Notes: generated by a model from the letters alone, not told the origin. 64,000 bases of DNA from Deinococcus sp. (GCA_965261005.1 OZ253375.1:1088001-1152000); one strand, 5' to 3'; positions 20,569 through 31,342 are shown, counted from the first letter of the stretch. Program-made: numbers and translations.

Positions 20569-22995
20569 TTGCTGATCGTTCATTTGTTGGGCCATGCCCA
20601 CGTGACCCTTGACCAACAACCGGTGCCGCTTTCTGCCAAAGCCGTCGCCTTAATCTCTTACCTGGCCGTCGAGAAGCTTCCTCAACATCGGGAGCGGCTG
20701 GCCGATCTGCTTTGGAATACAGCCGAGGCTCGGAAGAATCTACGGGTGGAACTGGCGCGCATTCGCTCCGCAGGCTTGAATATTTTTCCCTCGAGCCGTC
20801 AGTTGTTGTATCTCGAGCACATTACCACCGACTTTGAGCTATGGCAAGCCAGCTTGGAGCGCGACATGAACCAAGCCGAGTTGATGGCTTGCTTGGCGAT
20901 GTTGCGGGGCCTGCCGCTCAGCGGTTTGGAGGACTTGGGCAGCTCGACGTTTCAAGAGTGGGTGGAGCAGCAGCGCTGGATGCTCAGCGAGCAGGTGGAG
21001 CAGCGCCTCAGCGCCGCTTATCGGCGCTTCGCCCAAAAGGGCGAGACGTGGGCGACCCGCATGATCGCCACGCGCGCCCAGGCGTTGGGTTTGGAAGATC
21101 CGGCCGAGCTGAGCGCCGAACTGGGCTTAGAGGACACGGCGACAGATGACGTGTTGCCGAGCGCAGACGTACTTTTGGCGGCGCACTCACCCACGCGACA
21201 TGACTTAAAGGACCGGGGCGCTGGCGGCCCGCTGCACTTCGAGCGCGTCCACGAAGAGACGGCCCTGCAACGGGCCGTCGAGCGGTCAGCCGAGCATCCC
21301 CAAGTGGTGGCGCTGTATGGCGCGCCGGGCAGCGGCAAAAGCCACCTGAGCGCGCACCTGATCAAGTCCAGCCTTTCCCAATCGGGGGACTGGCTTACCA
21401 TTTCGCTTTTGGGCGGACAGTCCGGTCGCCTGCTGCTCGCCTCTGTCGCCCACACGCTCATTCAGCACAGCGAGCCGGCCGTCGCCGAGGTCTTGAGCAA
21501 GCTGCTGCTCGAACCGGCCAGCCTCGACGAGGACATGGTCAAGGTGGCCTCCGCGCTGGCGCGGTTGCGGCGCCCGGTGGCCCTGCTGCTCGACCAAGTC
21601 CAAAACGCGCCCGCCGAACTCGCCCCGCTGCTAGCCTTTTTCTACGACATGCCGCCGCAGGGCGCGCGGCTGTTCGTGCTGATGAGCCGTGAACAGCCGG
21701 CGCAGGTGCCCTTTCTGCGCTCGCTGCTGCGCCGAACCGAGCGCGAGCACTGCTTGTCACTCGAACTTTCGCCGCTTTCGCAGGCCAGCGTGCTGCGCGC
21801 CTTACAACTTCACTTGCCAGGTCAGCCGTCCGATCAGCTCAACGCCTACGCCGGGCGTTTGATGCAGCGGAGTGGCGGCAACGCGCTTCACCTGCGCAGC
21901 TTGATTGAGGAGGGCGGCGGCGAACAAGACGTCAAAAGCGCCGTCTTGCCGCAAGTCGTGCGCGAAGCCCATCAAAGTGAGATAGACGACTGGCCGGCGC
22001 CGCTGTATGAAGGCATGCGCCGCCTGAGCGTGATCAACGGCGTGTTCGATAAGGGTCTGGCGCGCGCCGCCATGGGGGACAGCGTCGCCGACGCGGCGGA
22101 TGGGCTACTCGCCACCGCCCTTGAGCGGGGCATCTTGCTGGAGGCCGAGGTTGAGGGAGCGCTGCGCTTGCCACATTTGACGCCCCTACAAGAGGTGGAG
22201 CGCGGCGAGCCGCATTACCTGTTTCGCAGCGAGAACTTGCGAGTCACGCTTTCCGGACGCTTGCCGCAGCTGATTCGCCAAAATGTGCGCGGTCGCCTGG
22301 TCCACGCCCTGAGCGAAAGCGAGCCGGGCCTCGCGCTTTACTACGCCGAGCGCGCCGGTCTTGGCGCCGAGGCGGAACGGCTGCGGCGGGCGCGCCGCGA
22401 GCGCCTCGGACCAGCCAGCCCGCTGCTGACGGCGCCCAGTTTGCCCGCCCGCCGGGGCGTCGCCCAAGCCGCCGAACCGCCGCGCGCGCTGGCCTTTGAA
22501 CAGCCGCCCGTGTTTCGCCACGGATACTCGGTGGCCCTCGACGACAGCGGCTGGCTGAACATTTTGAGCAGCGGGCGTTACGGCCATCCGCGCACGCTGC
22601 GGCTTCAGCTGGATTTGCCACAAGGCGTGCGCGCCCTGAACGGTGAAGTGCGTTTGGTGTGGCGGCTCGACATCTTTAACAGCGGCCACGAGTTGGGGCC
22701 GACGCTGGTGCCTTTTCCGCTGCGTTTGCGCGCGCTGGGAACGCCGGGGGCGCACGTCTTTATGCCGCACGTCAGCACCGCGTTTACCGAGGAGGACGTG
22801 GAGCACCGCAACAACGCCGACATCGGCGTTGGGTATTGGATGGAGCACCGCTTCAAGCTGTCGGCAGCCGAGCTGGCCGCGCGCACGCTGGAGCTGAGCG
22901 TGCGCGCCGTGGACGTCTCGCTGACCATTGGCCTGCTCAGTTGGGGCGGTTACACGCTCTTGCCGTTGCAAGCCCAAGCTGAGCGCGTTGTCTGA
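20569..22995 (+). CDS. AfsR/SARP-like transcriptional regulator (winged HTH, short BTAD-like region, P-loop ATPase, unrecognised C-terminal domain)
   Basis: HLLG...ALISYLA...RERLADLLW...ARKNLRVELARIR N-terminus; GLPLSG...FQEW; GAPGSGKS; SGGN; GGAGG RBS before TTG. Confidence 0.8.
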   Translation: MLIVHLLGHAHVTLDQQPVPLSAKAVALISYLAVEKLPQHRERLADLLWNTAEARKNLRVELARIRSAGLNIFPSSRQLLYLEHITTDFELWQASLERDMNQAELMACLAMLRGLPLSGLEDLGSSTFQEWVEQQRWMLSEQVEQRLSAAYRRFAQKGETWATRMIATRAQALGLEDPAELSAELGLEDTATDDVLPSADVLLAAHSPTRHDLKDRGAGGPLHFERVHEETALQRAVERSAEHPQVVALYGAPGSGKSHLSAHLIKSSLSQSGDWLTISLLGGQSGRLLLASVAHTLIQHSEPAVAEVLSKLLLEPASLDEDMVKVASALARLRRPVALLLDQVQNAPAELAPLLAFFYDMPPQGARLFVLMSREQPAQVPFLRSLLRRTEREHCLSLELSPLSQASVLRALQLHLPGQPSDQLNAYAGRLMQRSGGNALHLRSLIEEGGGEQDVKSAVLPQVVREAHQSEIDDWPAPLYEGMRRLSVINGVFDKGLARAAMGDSVADAADGLLATALERGILLEAEVEGALRLPHLTPLQEVERGEPHYLFRSENLRVTLSGRLPQLIRQNVRGRLVHALSESEPGLALYYAERAGLGAEAERLRRARRERLGPASPLLTAPSLPARRGVAQAAEPPRALAFEQPPVFRHGYSVALDDSGWLNILSSGRYGHPRTLRLQLDLPQGVRALNGEVRLVWRLDIFNSGHELGPTLVPFPLRLRALGTPGAHVFMPHVSTAFTEEDVEHRNNADIGVGYWMEHRFKLSAAELAARTLELSVRAVDVSLTIGLLSWGGYTLLPLQAQAERVV

Positions 22996-23044
22996 GCGGT
23001 ACGCCCCCCTAGGGCCGCGCGCCGTTCCCGGGCAAATCCAAGCT

Positions 23045-23076
23045 TTACGCTATCGTAACGCCTGAACATTGATACT
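23045..23076 (+). promoter_or_regulatory. Putative SARP-type activator site plus -10 for the wzc-like gene
   Basis: TTACGCT-N4-TAACGCC-N8-GATACT; extra TTACGCC at 23081. Confidence 0.7.
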
Positions 23077-23417
23077 GAGGTTACGCCTGGTAGCTCGCTT
23101 TCCGCCGGGTCGTTCGCTACGGAAAGGTGGCTTCGCGTGTCCATTCTTGTCAATCTTTTGTTCCGGCGCGCCGAAAAGGGTCAATCCGTGGCACATGGTG
23201 TGGACGAGCGCAGGTCAGCTCAGCGTGTTGTACTTTCGTACAAGGTTTTACCAGGATTTCGCTTGACCCTGCAACATTGGAAAGGGCGCCCGGCGGCACC
23301 ACGTTCCGCGCACATCCTTTGTTTCTTCGCGCCGCCGAGCAGCGCCACCACCCTGTTACGGAATTTCTCGAACGCCTTACCATTCTCCAGCAACAGCCTC
23401 CATTGAAAGGACATGTG

Positions 23418-25004
23418 ATGCAATCAAGTCCACCCTACCGAAGTGAAGAGGTCAACTTTCCAAGGCTGTTCACGACCCTCAAGCGAAGCGCGTTGCCCAT
23501 TTTTGGGGCGAGCCTGTTGGCGGCGGGCGGCGCTTACCTGCTGTCCGAGCGCCAAACGCCTGTTTACGAAGCAGTCAGCAGCGTGATCGCCGTGAACGGC
23601 AACGGCGGCAACAGCGTGCTGAACAGCACGCTGTTCACGGCGCCGACCTTACCGCCCGGCGCCGTCGAGCAAGCGCTGCACAGCAGCGGTGTGGTGGAAG
23701 ACATCATCCAAAAGTTGAGCGCTTCCAAGCTGCCGCAGGCCAACGTCAGCAACTTGCAGCGCAGACTGCGCGACGAACTCGCCCAAAACAAGTTCACCGC
23801 CATTCAGGTTCAGGCTGAGACCGACGCACAACAAACCGGCATCTACGAAATTTCGGGGCGCGCCAGCACGCCCATGGCGGCGAGTACGCTCGCCAACGCG
23901 AGCGTGGCGGCGCTGTTGCAGTGGGACCAGATTCGAGCACAAGCGCCCCTCGTCAAAGCGCGCAATAGCTTACAGCAGCAGTTGAGCGTGGTCAACGGCC
24001 AGCTCTCGGGTGGCGGTACGAACCTGAGCGCCTCGGAGCGTCAAGTCTTGATCGCAAAGCGCGCGCGGTTACAGCAAACCCAAGCGCAGTTCGACGGAAT
24101 AAGTCAAGTCGCCGCCGGAACGCTCAGCGTCGTCGGCGAGGCGGTGGAGCCGAGCCAAGCGCTGGCCCCCAGACCACTACGAACGGCGGTCGTGGCCGGC
24201 ATTGTGGCGCTGCTGGCGGCCGTGGGCGGCGTCTTGTTGTTGGACGCGCTTCAGCGCCGCATTCATGGCGAGCAGGACTTGGCCTCGTTAGGCGTGCCGT
24301 TGCTGAGCCGCGTTCCCAGGCTGCGATCGCGCGAGCTGGGCCGTGGCTGGATTTCGGCGGCTTCCGGCGGCGCCTTGTACGAAAGCGCCGGGTTTCTCAG
24401 CTTGAACGTGTTGTCCCAGCTTCCCGTCAGCGACTCGCCGCGCCATGTGGTCGTTTCCAGTCCGCGCCGCAGCGAGGGCAAAAGCAGCGTCACCATGGTT
24501 TTGGCGGCGGGCTTGTCTGCGGGCGGACACCGGGTCTTGGTCGTGGACGCCGATTCGCATGGCGCCATGCAAAACCGTTTGTGGGGCAGCTCAGCGCCCA
24601 AAGTCACGCGCGAAGGCATGGGTGACGTGCAGGTCAAGGCCGCTGGAGACCGGGTGGATGTGGTGCCCGCGAGCGCGGGCGGCAGCGGCGTGGCGCAGCC
24701 GGCCAGTTCGTTCAAAAATTGGGATGCCGCGTACGACGTGATTCTGATTGACACGCCGCCGCTGCTCACCTCGGCGGACGCGGTCGCACTGGCCGCACAG
24801 TCCGACGGCATCGTGCTGGTCATCGAGGCGGGCGTCTCCAGCGCCGCCGACGTCGAGAGCGCCTTAGCGACGGCCCAAACCGCCGGCGTGCGCGTGATCG
24901 GCACGGTGCTCAACAAGGCCGGTCGCCCAGAGGAAACCTCCTACGATCAAAACCAACCCACCCCGGCGAAAGACCTCACTACACGGGAGACCGTCACGCG
25001 CTAA
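23418..25004 (+). CDS. Wzc-like polysaccharide co-polymerase / BY-kinase
   Basis: Two TM helices flanking a coiled coil, PVYEA, P..P.P; SEGKS, VLVVDAD, ILIDTPP, GTVLN. Confidence 0.88.
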   Translation: MQSSPPYRSEEVNFPRLFTTLKRSALPIFGASLLAAGGAYLLSERQTPVYEAVSSVIAVNGNGGNSVLNSTLFTAPTLPPGAVEQALHSSGVVEDIIQKLSASKLPQANVSNLQRRLRDELAQNKFTAIQVQAETDAQQTGIYEISGRASTPMAASTLANASVAALLQWDQIRAQAPLVKARNSLQQQLSVVNGQLSGGGTNLSASERQVLIAKRARLQQTQAQFDGISQVAAGTLSVVGEAVEPSQALAPRPLRTAVVAGIVALLAAVGGVLLLDALQRRIHGEQDLASLGVPLLSRVPRLRSRELGRGWISAASGGALYESAGFLSLNVLSQLPVSDSPRHVVVSSPRRSEGKSSVTMVLAAGLSAGGHRVLVVDADSHGAMQNRLWGSSAPKVTREGMGDVQVKAAGDRVDVVPASAGGSGVAQPASSFKNWDAAYDVILIDTPPLLTSADAVALAAQSDGIVLVIEAGVSSAADVESALATAQTAGVRVIGTVLNKAGRPEETSYDQNQPTPAKDLTTRETVTR

Positions 25005-25015
25005 ACCAGTCAATC

Positions 25016-25054
25016 GAGGGAAGCCGCCCACTACATGACTGGGCGGCTTCCCTC
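25016..25054 (+). terminator. Hairpin terminator after the wzc-like gene
   Basis: Perfect 15-bp stem GAGGGAAGCCGCCCA/TGGGCGGCTTCCCTC, 11 bp after the stop. Confidence 0.75.
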
Positions 25055-25134
25055 TTCCCTTGGAGAATCAGCGACTTCAGCAAAAGACGGGCCAACAACC
25101 CAGCCAGCTGCCACCGGCCACGTCATGTAAAAGG

Positions 25135-25808
25135 GTATGTGATGAGCGGGTGTTCTGCTGTTGGCGATGGTTGAGCAAGCACGCCGGCTTGCCATGCACC
25201 CGCCAGCCGGTGTCGTCCTGATGCACGTAGGGGTGTCGTTGAACATCGTCACGCAAGCGCTGGTATTGGGTGTGCAAGCTGCTTCCGGCCGTGCTCTGTC
25301 TCAGCGCGTCTTGCGTCAGCGCGCTCTGCGTCACCGACAGGCCCGTGGCGAGACGGAGCACCTCGGGCACCTTGCGCACCGGCACGCTGAGGTCATAGTG
25401 CAAGCTATGCGCCAGGCTGAGCACCTCAGGACCGAGCCGGTGGGCGGTCGCGCCGCGCTGATCTGTGCGGCGATTGGGATGAGACGCGCGCACCCGGCGA
25501 CCACAGCGCCGACATTGCCCCACCGCCAGGTGATAGGCCGTCACGTTAGGACGCCGTTCGGCAAGTCGGTCAAGCTGGCGAGGTCGCTGGGCTGCGCCTC
25601 CAACGCGCCCCCACATGGACAGGTCGCGGGCAGCGGCACCTCGATCACGTGCGTGATGTCGCCTGATTCTAGGCTTCCAGGCGCTCAATCCGCGCACTCA
25701 GGGTTCGCATCAGGTCGAGAAGCTCTGTAACGCTGGGTGTCACCTCGCCGCTCATGCCCACTACCTTACCCGTCCATCCCGCCTCGCGCTACCTCGCTAA
25801 TCAGATAC
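25135..25808 (-). mobile_element. Internally deleted, diverged IS66-like element
   Basis: Both ends present (GTATGTGATGAGCG, CGCTAATCAGATAC); transposase remnants with a stop codon and two deletions; flanks do not match. Confidence 0.85.
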
Positions 25809-25809
25809 G

Positions 25810-25841
25810 AACATAGGACCCAGGCGCCTAGGTCCTATGTT
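25810..25841 (-). terminator. Hairpin after the 25862 lipoprotein gene
   Basis: 11-bp stem AACATAGGACC/GGTCCTATGTT. Confidence 0.6.
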
Positions 25842-25861
25842 ATGTTGTCTGCTCAGCTCAT

Positions 25862-27790
25862 TCAGTTAGGCTTGATGAGGGTGATAGTGCCGTTTACAAT
25901 TTTGCTGTCGCCTTGCACATCGCTGTTGTATTTGACGTCCCTAAGCTGTGTGACATATATATTTCCATTCGAGCGGTCCTCAATAAGGTTGAGAGGAGCA
26001 GGATTGAAATTACCGAAACCGGCAATGTTCTGCTGCAAGACTCCGTTGATGCTACCGCCAGGACCGCTGGGATTGAGAGCAACGATGTCTTTGCCTGCGC
26101 TGAAGCGAATTACCAGCAGATGATGATTGAGGGCTGAGCCGCCACGAGTATACTCGATGACACCATTGGCTGATGTGTGTTCGGGAAACACATAGGCGGG
26201 CAAGCGGTAATTGGGATCAGGTTGAACGCCTACCGCGTAGTTTTGTATACCATAGCCACTCTGGTCATTTCTCGGCACGGTTACCTCAACGGGGTCCACA
26301 CCGTCAGTAGGGTTACCGCCGTCCAAAGTGTACTCACAACGCGATGGATTAGGATGACCATAATATCTTCCTTTGTCAACGCGAAACAAGAAGTCCGGCT
26401 CTACCCAGTTTATGTTATTCAGTGCAGGTGCGCTTGGTAAGCTGAAATTGGGGCTGTAATCGGGACGGTTGGCACATGCGGCCGGCAAGTTGCTTGGCGT
26501 AGCAGGTGCGTTGCCACTTGTAGCCGAACCATTGGTCGGCGCATACAACTGGCCGTTGCTATGCCACACCATCGAGTAGGCATTGCGAATGCCAGTGGCG
26601 TATAGCGTGAGCGGCGCTCCAGGTGCATACGGGTTGTAGTAGGACGGAAGGACCTTGTTTTGTTGACCAGCTTCCGTCTGAACATTCAGCGGCCAGGACG
26701 ACGGACTGAGCTTGTTCAAATCCAGGCGCAGCAGTGCAGCAGTTAACAAATATTCGGGACGGTTTCCCCAGACATCGTCAGGCGCACCAGAGGAATTACT
26801 GGCGCCTTGTAAGATATAGAGAACATTCGGCTCTTTCAGGTTGCTCTTGCTCGAATCATTGGGGTCAATAGGATTGTTGAAGGAGACGTTGTTGGTCAAA
26901 TGGTCCTTGACCGAGCGCGGCAAGCCGATAACAACGTCCTGCACAGTTTCAAGATTGGGTCCGCTTAAACGGGTAATCTTACCTGACCAGTCCGGCGCAT
27001 CCTTGGTGAAATCGTAGAAGTAATTGTTGCTGATCCACAAAATTAGGTTATTGGCAGTGGAAGCCGGGTCGAACTTCAACCCAATGATAGTGCGCGGTCC
27101 TCCCTCTTTACTTTGCAACGACGTGATGGTCTGAGGCGTGCCCAATGTGCCGTTGCCATTGATAGCGAAACGCAGAATTTTCCCCATGAGTGTTGCAGCG
27201 TACAGCTTGCCATCCGGGCCAATTTCGACGGCTGTATAGTAGTCGTCTGGCACGTTGGTCAGCTGAATTTGAGAAAATGTACTCGGACTCGGAGGCGCTT
27301 GAACCGCCGGGGCGCCAGTAGTAAATTGCAAGCTGAACGGTTGAAAGCCCACGCCGTTGACATCTGTAAGCGCGTTGGTGACTTTAAAAATATACTTTGT
27401 ATTGGACTTGAGTGATGTCACGGGATTGACGATAATTGCGTCTCCAGCACCCGTGGTATTTGGTTGAATGGTTACAGTGTTGTTGGTGGTCGCCTCAATG
27501 AGTTGCACACCAGCAGTCACCGTCCTGGAGTCAATGCCGTTGCCGCTATTTTGAGCATTAAGCAACTGAACTTCAGCCGTAATCGCTTTGATGTTGGTCG
27601 CGACGTTTAGCTGGCCGTCACTTATCCTGGTGGATGTTACGCCGTCGTTGACTGAAACGGAGGTAACGTGCGGTGCGCTCTCAGAAGATGCAGGAGTTGG
27701 AGTACTGCCGCAGGCGGCAAGCCCTGCGGCGAGCATACCACCCAATAACAAGCGGTAAGTGGAGTGAACGCGAACACGACGTTGGGTCAT
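25862..27790 (-). CDS. Secreted lipoprotein: Ig-like domain plus glucose/sorbosone-dehydrogenase-like beta-propeller
   Basis: LAAC lipobox; P...L...T.Y...V...LTD..G....F...FTT Ig pattern; GPDGKLY, GLP...DH, YATGIRN, YYGHP. Confidence 0.7.
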   Translation of the reverse strand: MTQRRVRVHSTYRLLLGGMLAAGLAACGSTPTPASSESAPHVTSVSVNDGVTSTRISDGQLNVATNIKAITAEVQLLNAQNSGNGIDSRTVTAGVQLIEATTNNTVTIQPNTTGAGDAIIVNPVTSLKSNTKYIFKVTNALTDVNGVGFQPFSLQFTTGAPAVQAPPSPSTFSQIQLTNVPDDYYTAVEIGPDGKLYAATLMGKILRFAINGNGTLGTPQTITSLQSKEGGPRTIIGLKFDPASTANNLILWISNNYFYDFTKDAPDWSGKITRLSGPNLETVQDVVIGLPRSVKDHLTNNVSFNNPIDPNDSSKSNLKEPNVLYILQGASNSSGAPDDVWGNRPEYLLTAALLRLDLNKLSPSSWPLNVQTEAGQQNKVLPSYYNPYAPGAPLTLYATGIRNAYSMVWHSNGQLYAPTNGSATSGNAPATPSNLPAACANRPDYSPNFSLPSAPALNNINWVEPDFLFRVDKGRYYGHPNPSRCEYTLDGGNPTDGVDPVEVTVPRNDQSGYGIQNYAVGVQPDPNYRLPAYVFPEHTSANGVIEYTRGGSALNHHLLVIRFSAGKDIVALNPSGPGGSINGVLQQNIAGFGNFNPAPLNLIEDRSNGNIYVTQLRDVKYNSDVQGDSKIVNGTITLIKPN

Positions 27791-27840
27791 CAGGTCTTTT
27801 GGTCCTTTCGGGAAGCAAATTCGCTCGAACTGCAGCCGGC

Positions 27841-27872
27841 ATTATCCCGTACAAAGCGCTAACGCTTCGTTG
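27841..27872 (-). promoter_or_regulatory. Putative SARP-type activator site plus -10 for the lipoprotein gene
   Basis: Minus strand CAACGAA-N4-TAGCGCT-N8-GATAAT. Confidence 0.6.
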
Positions 27873-27928
27873 CCGAAGAAACGAAAGCCGCAGGCCAACT
27901 GACCTACAGCTTACAAAGAAGTCGACCG

Positions 27929-29371
27929 CTAATATGCACCAGAACCCAGTAGCACCACCCTCACCGTGCGAAAGAGAATTACCAAGTCGAGCCACATGGA
28001 CCAGTTGCGAACGTAGTACGGGTCCCAACGTTCCATGCCGGCGTTGCCCGCCTCAGAGCGCCCAGAAACCTGCCACAGACCGGTCATGCCCGGACGCACC
28101 CGTTCACGCAGCCGCTGTACTTGTTCGGACAGCTGCTGATAGTGGTAGGCCGGCAACGGGCGCGGGCCAACCAGGGACATATCCCCCAGCAACACGTTGA
28201 TCAGCTGCGGCAACTCGTCGAAGCTGGTTTTGCGCAGAAAGGTGCCGACACGCGTGATACGCGGATCGCGGCGCAGCTTGTAGTTGGCTTCCCACTCCGC
28301 GCGCAGTTCCGGGTTGGTTTGCAGGGTACGGCGCAGCACCTCCTCGGCGTTGGGCAGCATGGTGCGAAATTTCCAGGTGTTGAACAGCGAGCCGTTCAGG
28401 CCCACACGCTTCTGCAAGAACACCGGGTTCGCGCGGTCCTCCAGCCAAATGGCGAGGGCGACGATCAGGCAGACCGGCAGCCACACCGGCGCCGTGAGCA
28501 GCACAGCAATCACGTCAAAAGCCCGCTTGACCGCGCGCGCGACTGGATTGAGCAGGTTGCGCGTGACCTTGAGACCCAGCACGCCATTGAAGTCCGACGC
28601 TTGCACCCACAGTGACTCCATGTCAAACAAATCAGGGATGATCACGACGTTGCGGTACACCGACAGCGGCCCTTCCAACAACTCGACGGTGCGCGCCCGC
28701 CCGATGCCCGGCATGGCCAAAATTGCTACCGCCGCTTGCCGCGTGACGCCCGACGCCGGACCCAGCACCGGAACGCCATGAATGCTAGCGCCTTGCAAAG
28801 CGGGATCGTCATCGAAAACGCCCATGGGCACGTAACCGAAGTCCGGCTGATCGCGCAACGCTGAAATCAGCAGCGCGCCGGTGGAGGCCCCGCCGTAAAT
28901 CACGGTTGGTAGCCCCCACACACGGGCACGCATCAGCAGGTGTCTGATCACGGCGCGCGCCAGAATTAGCAGCGGCCAAGCGAAAACAAGACCCAGCACC
29001 AAGGCCGTGTGCTGCACCGTGTCAGCTTGGTGCAGCAACAGCAGCAGCGTTGCGGTGCTGGCAAAAGCGATCAGGGCCAGCTCGGTCAGGCGCTTGAGTT
29101 CGGTGGGTGCGCCCAGTCCCCAGCCGGGCAGTAAGCGCCGCATAAAGGCGCCGAGCAGCCAAACCCCTATGAGAAACCACGCCCAACTGGGCGGCGGCGT
29201 GATGCCCGGCGCCGGATCGCGCCAACTCACCGCCGCAACCAGCGCAAGCAAGATGGCCAACACGTCGCCCAGCGCCAGCGCCATCACGTTGATAAGCTGT
29301 CGTGCCTGCATCATCGTCGTACCGCCGCGCATCAAGCTATTTGTGGTCAAGCGTTCGCCCAATAATTGCAT
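27929..29371 (-). CDS. wbaP: Undecaprenyl-phosphate hexose-1-P transferase (WbaP-like priming enzyme)
   Basis: Four N-terminal TMs, [45 protein letters not shown]. Confidence 0.9.
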   Translation of the reverse strand: MQLLGERLTTNSLMRGGTTMMQARQLINVMALALGDVLAILLALVAAVSWRDPAPGITPPPSWAWFLIGVWLLGAFMRRLLPGWGLGAPTELKRLTELALIAFASTATLLLLLHQADTVQHTALVLGLVFAWPLLILARAVIRHLLMRARVWGLPTVIYGGASTGALLISALRDQPDFGYVPMGVFDDDPALQGASIHGVPVLGPASGVTRQAAVAILAMPGIGRARTVELLEGPLSVYRNVVIIPDLFDMESLWVQASDFNGVLGLKVTRNLLNPVARAVKRAFDVIAVLLTAPVWLPVCLIVALAIWLEDRANPVFLQKRVGLNGSLFNTWKFRTMLPNAEEVLRRTLQTNPELRAEWEANYKLRRDPRITRVGTFLRKTSFDELPQLINVLLGDMSLVGPRPLPAYHYQQLSEQVQRLRERVRPGMTGLWQVSGRSEAGNAGMERWDPYYVRNWSMWLDLVILFRTVRVVLLGSGAY

Positions 29372-29494
29372 TATGTCACCTTCGTTTGGAGTTATTGCGG
29401 CGCAGCTTGTGAACCGTGGGAAGCGAAGTCTTCAGCTTGGCGGCCCCAGCAACATCGTAAACTTCGTCAATCCCTCTTGCCGATTGACACGCCT

Positions 29495-29526
29495 ATGGTG
29501 ACCGATACCTCGTTAAATGAACGTAA
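29495..29526 (-). promoter_or_regulatory. Putative SARP-type activator site plus -10 for wbaP
   Basis: Minus strand TTACGTT-N4-TAACGAG-N8-CACCAT. Confidence 0.65.
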
Positions 29527-29865
29527 AATGCGTCTGAAAAGTGAGCTGATCCCATCCTCACCGTCGTGCGCCTATGCCTGCTTCTGGCCGCTGCGCCTTT
29601 GGACGCGAGCTTGCACAGCGGCTCGGCCGACCGAAGGATGAGCGCTGTTTTAGCGGCTACTTCAGGATCCCTTGACTGCGGCACGAGGGAGATCACCCCA
29701 CTTGGCAACTCGGACAGACGCGAGGAGGGGCGACGGCCGCTCGCCGTCTCGTCCCGCAATTTTTTACATGGGAAGTACTTGGAAAATAATCAAAATAGGG
29801 CGGAAGGCTATTCTAGAACCCCTGACTACTCCTCAAAACGCAGAGCGAGTCGAGCGAGATATTTC

Positions 29866-31342
29866 GTATTTGATTAGCGAGGTGGTAGGGAGAGAGAGTG
29901 TCTTGTAGGGTAAGCGGGATGAGCGGCGAGGCGACCCCCAGCGTGACCGAACTCCTGGAGTTGGTGCGTACCCTCACCGCTCGCATCGAACGCCTCGAAG
30001 CCGAAAATAGACAACTGCACGAAGAAAACGCTCGGCTCAGGAAGCGGATCGAAGAGTTGGAGCGTCGCCAGAAGAAGCATGTCGCCCCCTTCAGCCGAGG
30101 CACCCCCAAGGCGAACCCTCAGCCGAGTGGACGCCGCGCGGGGCAGGGCGCGTTCACCTTCCGCGCGCCACCTGAGAACGAGGACATCACCCGTGTCGTG
30201 GATGTTCTCCTGCCCGCTCAGTGTCGGTGCGGTGGGGCGCTCGACGCGAGCCACACCGACCTCGCCACTGTCACGGACCTCCCGGAGCGCCGTCCCCAAG
30301 TGACGGCCTACCACCTCGCCGTGGGGCAGTGTCGGCACTGTGGTCGCCGCGTGCGAGCGACGCACCCGGACGTGCGTGAGGATCAACGAGGGGCCACCGC
30401 CCACCGTCTGGGTCCGGAGGTGCTGAGCCTTGCTCACGCGCTGCACTATGATCTCGGTGTACCGGTTCGGAAAGTTCCTGAGGTGCTGCGCCTCACCAGC
30501 GGGCTGAGGGTGACGCAGGGGGCGCTGACGCAAGACGCGTTGCGACAAAGCCAAGAGGGCAGCGCGCTGTCAGGCGAGTACCGGCAGTTGCGCGATGACG
30601 TGCAACGGCAGCCCTTGGTCCATCAGGACGACACGGGCTGGCGGGTGCACGGGGAACAAGCCTGGCTCCAGGTGTTCCGCACACCGGTCTCGGTGGTGTA
30701 CCAAATTCGCGCGCGGCACACCCACGCCGAGGTGCAGGAGGTGGTGCCGCAGAACTACGCGGGCGTGTTGTGCGTGGACCGCTTTAGCAGCTACGACCAC
30801 GCCAGCTTCAAAGACGTAGCACAGCAGAAGTGCATTCACCATGTCATCCGCTCGTGTGAAGCGGCGCTAGAGGACCAGCACGGCAAGCGAGGACGGGGAC
30901 GGGACTTTGCGCGGAGCTTGCTCGAAGACTTCCGGGCGGCTTTGATGTTGCACGCGCGCTTCCAACAGGGAGACTGCACGCTCGACAAGTACCGTCAGCG
31001 TGGAGAGGCGCTGCGTTTGAAGATCGAGAAGCGCCTGTTCGCCTCGTGTCGTTCACGAGAAAACAAACGGCTGGTGCGCGGCATCCGCAAGCATCACCAG
31101 CGGGAGAATCTGCTGCGCTTTCTGATGGACCCGAACGTACCGCCGACCAACAACGCGGCGGAGCGGGCACTTCGACCGGCGGTGATCGCGCGCAAGGTGT
31201 CGCAGTGCAGCAAGTCCTTCGGGGGCAGCGAGGCGTTCGCCATCTTCAAGTCCATTACGCAAACGGCCCGCCTCGCTGGACTCGATCCCTTCCAAACCCT
31301 GCTTGACCACCGACAGCAACAAAACACCCGCTAATCACATAC
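29866..31342 (+). mobile_element. Single-ORF IS66-family element (ISBst12-like), copy 1
   Basis: IRs GTAT(T/G)TGATTAGCG; 8-bp duplication GATATTTC on both sides; 1477 bp. Confidence 0.93.
29898..31334 (+). CDS. IS66-family transposase (TnpC-like)
   Basis: Leucine-zipper N-terminus, C.CG and C..CG zinc finger, DDTGW, DRFSSY, Q.C.HH, PTNNAAER; true start may be ATG 29919. Confidence 0.93.
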   Translation: MSCRVSGMSGEATPSVTELLELVRTLTARIERLEAENRQLHEENARLRKRIEELERRQKKHVAPFSRGTPKANPQPSGRRAGQGAFTFRAPPENEDITRVVDVLLPAQCRCGGALDASHTDLATVTDLPERRPQVTAYHLAVGQCRHCGRRVRATHPDVREDQRGATAHRLGPEVLSLAHALHYDLGVPVRKVPEVLRLTSGLRVTQGALTQDALRQSQEGSALSGEYRQLRDDVQRQPLVHQDDTGWRVHGEQAWLQVFRTPVSVVYQIRARHTHAEVQEVVPQNYAGVLCVDRFSSYDHASFKDVAQQKCIHHVIRSCEAALEDQHGKRGRGRDFARSLLEDFRAALMLHARFQQGDCTLDKYRQRGEALRLKIEKRLFASCRSRENKRLVRGIRKHHQRENLLRFLMDPNVPPTNNAAERALRPAVIARKVSQCSKSFGGSEAFAIFKSITQTARLAGLDPFQTLLDHRQQQNTR

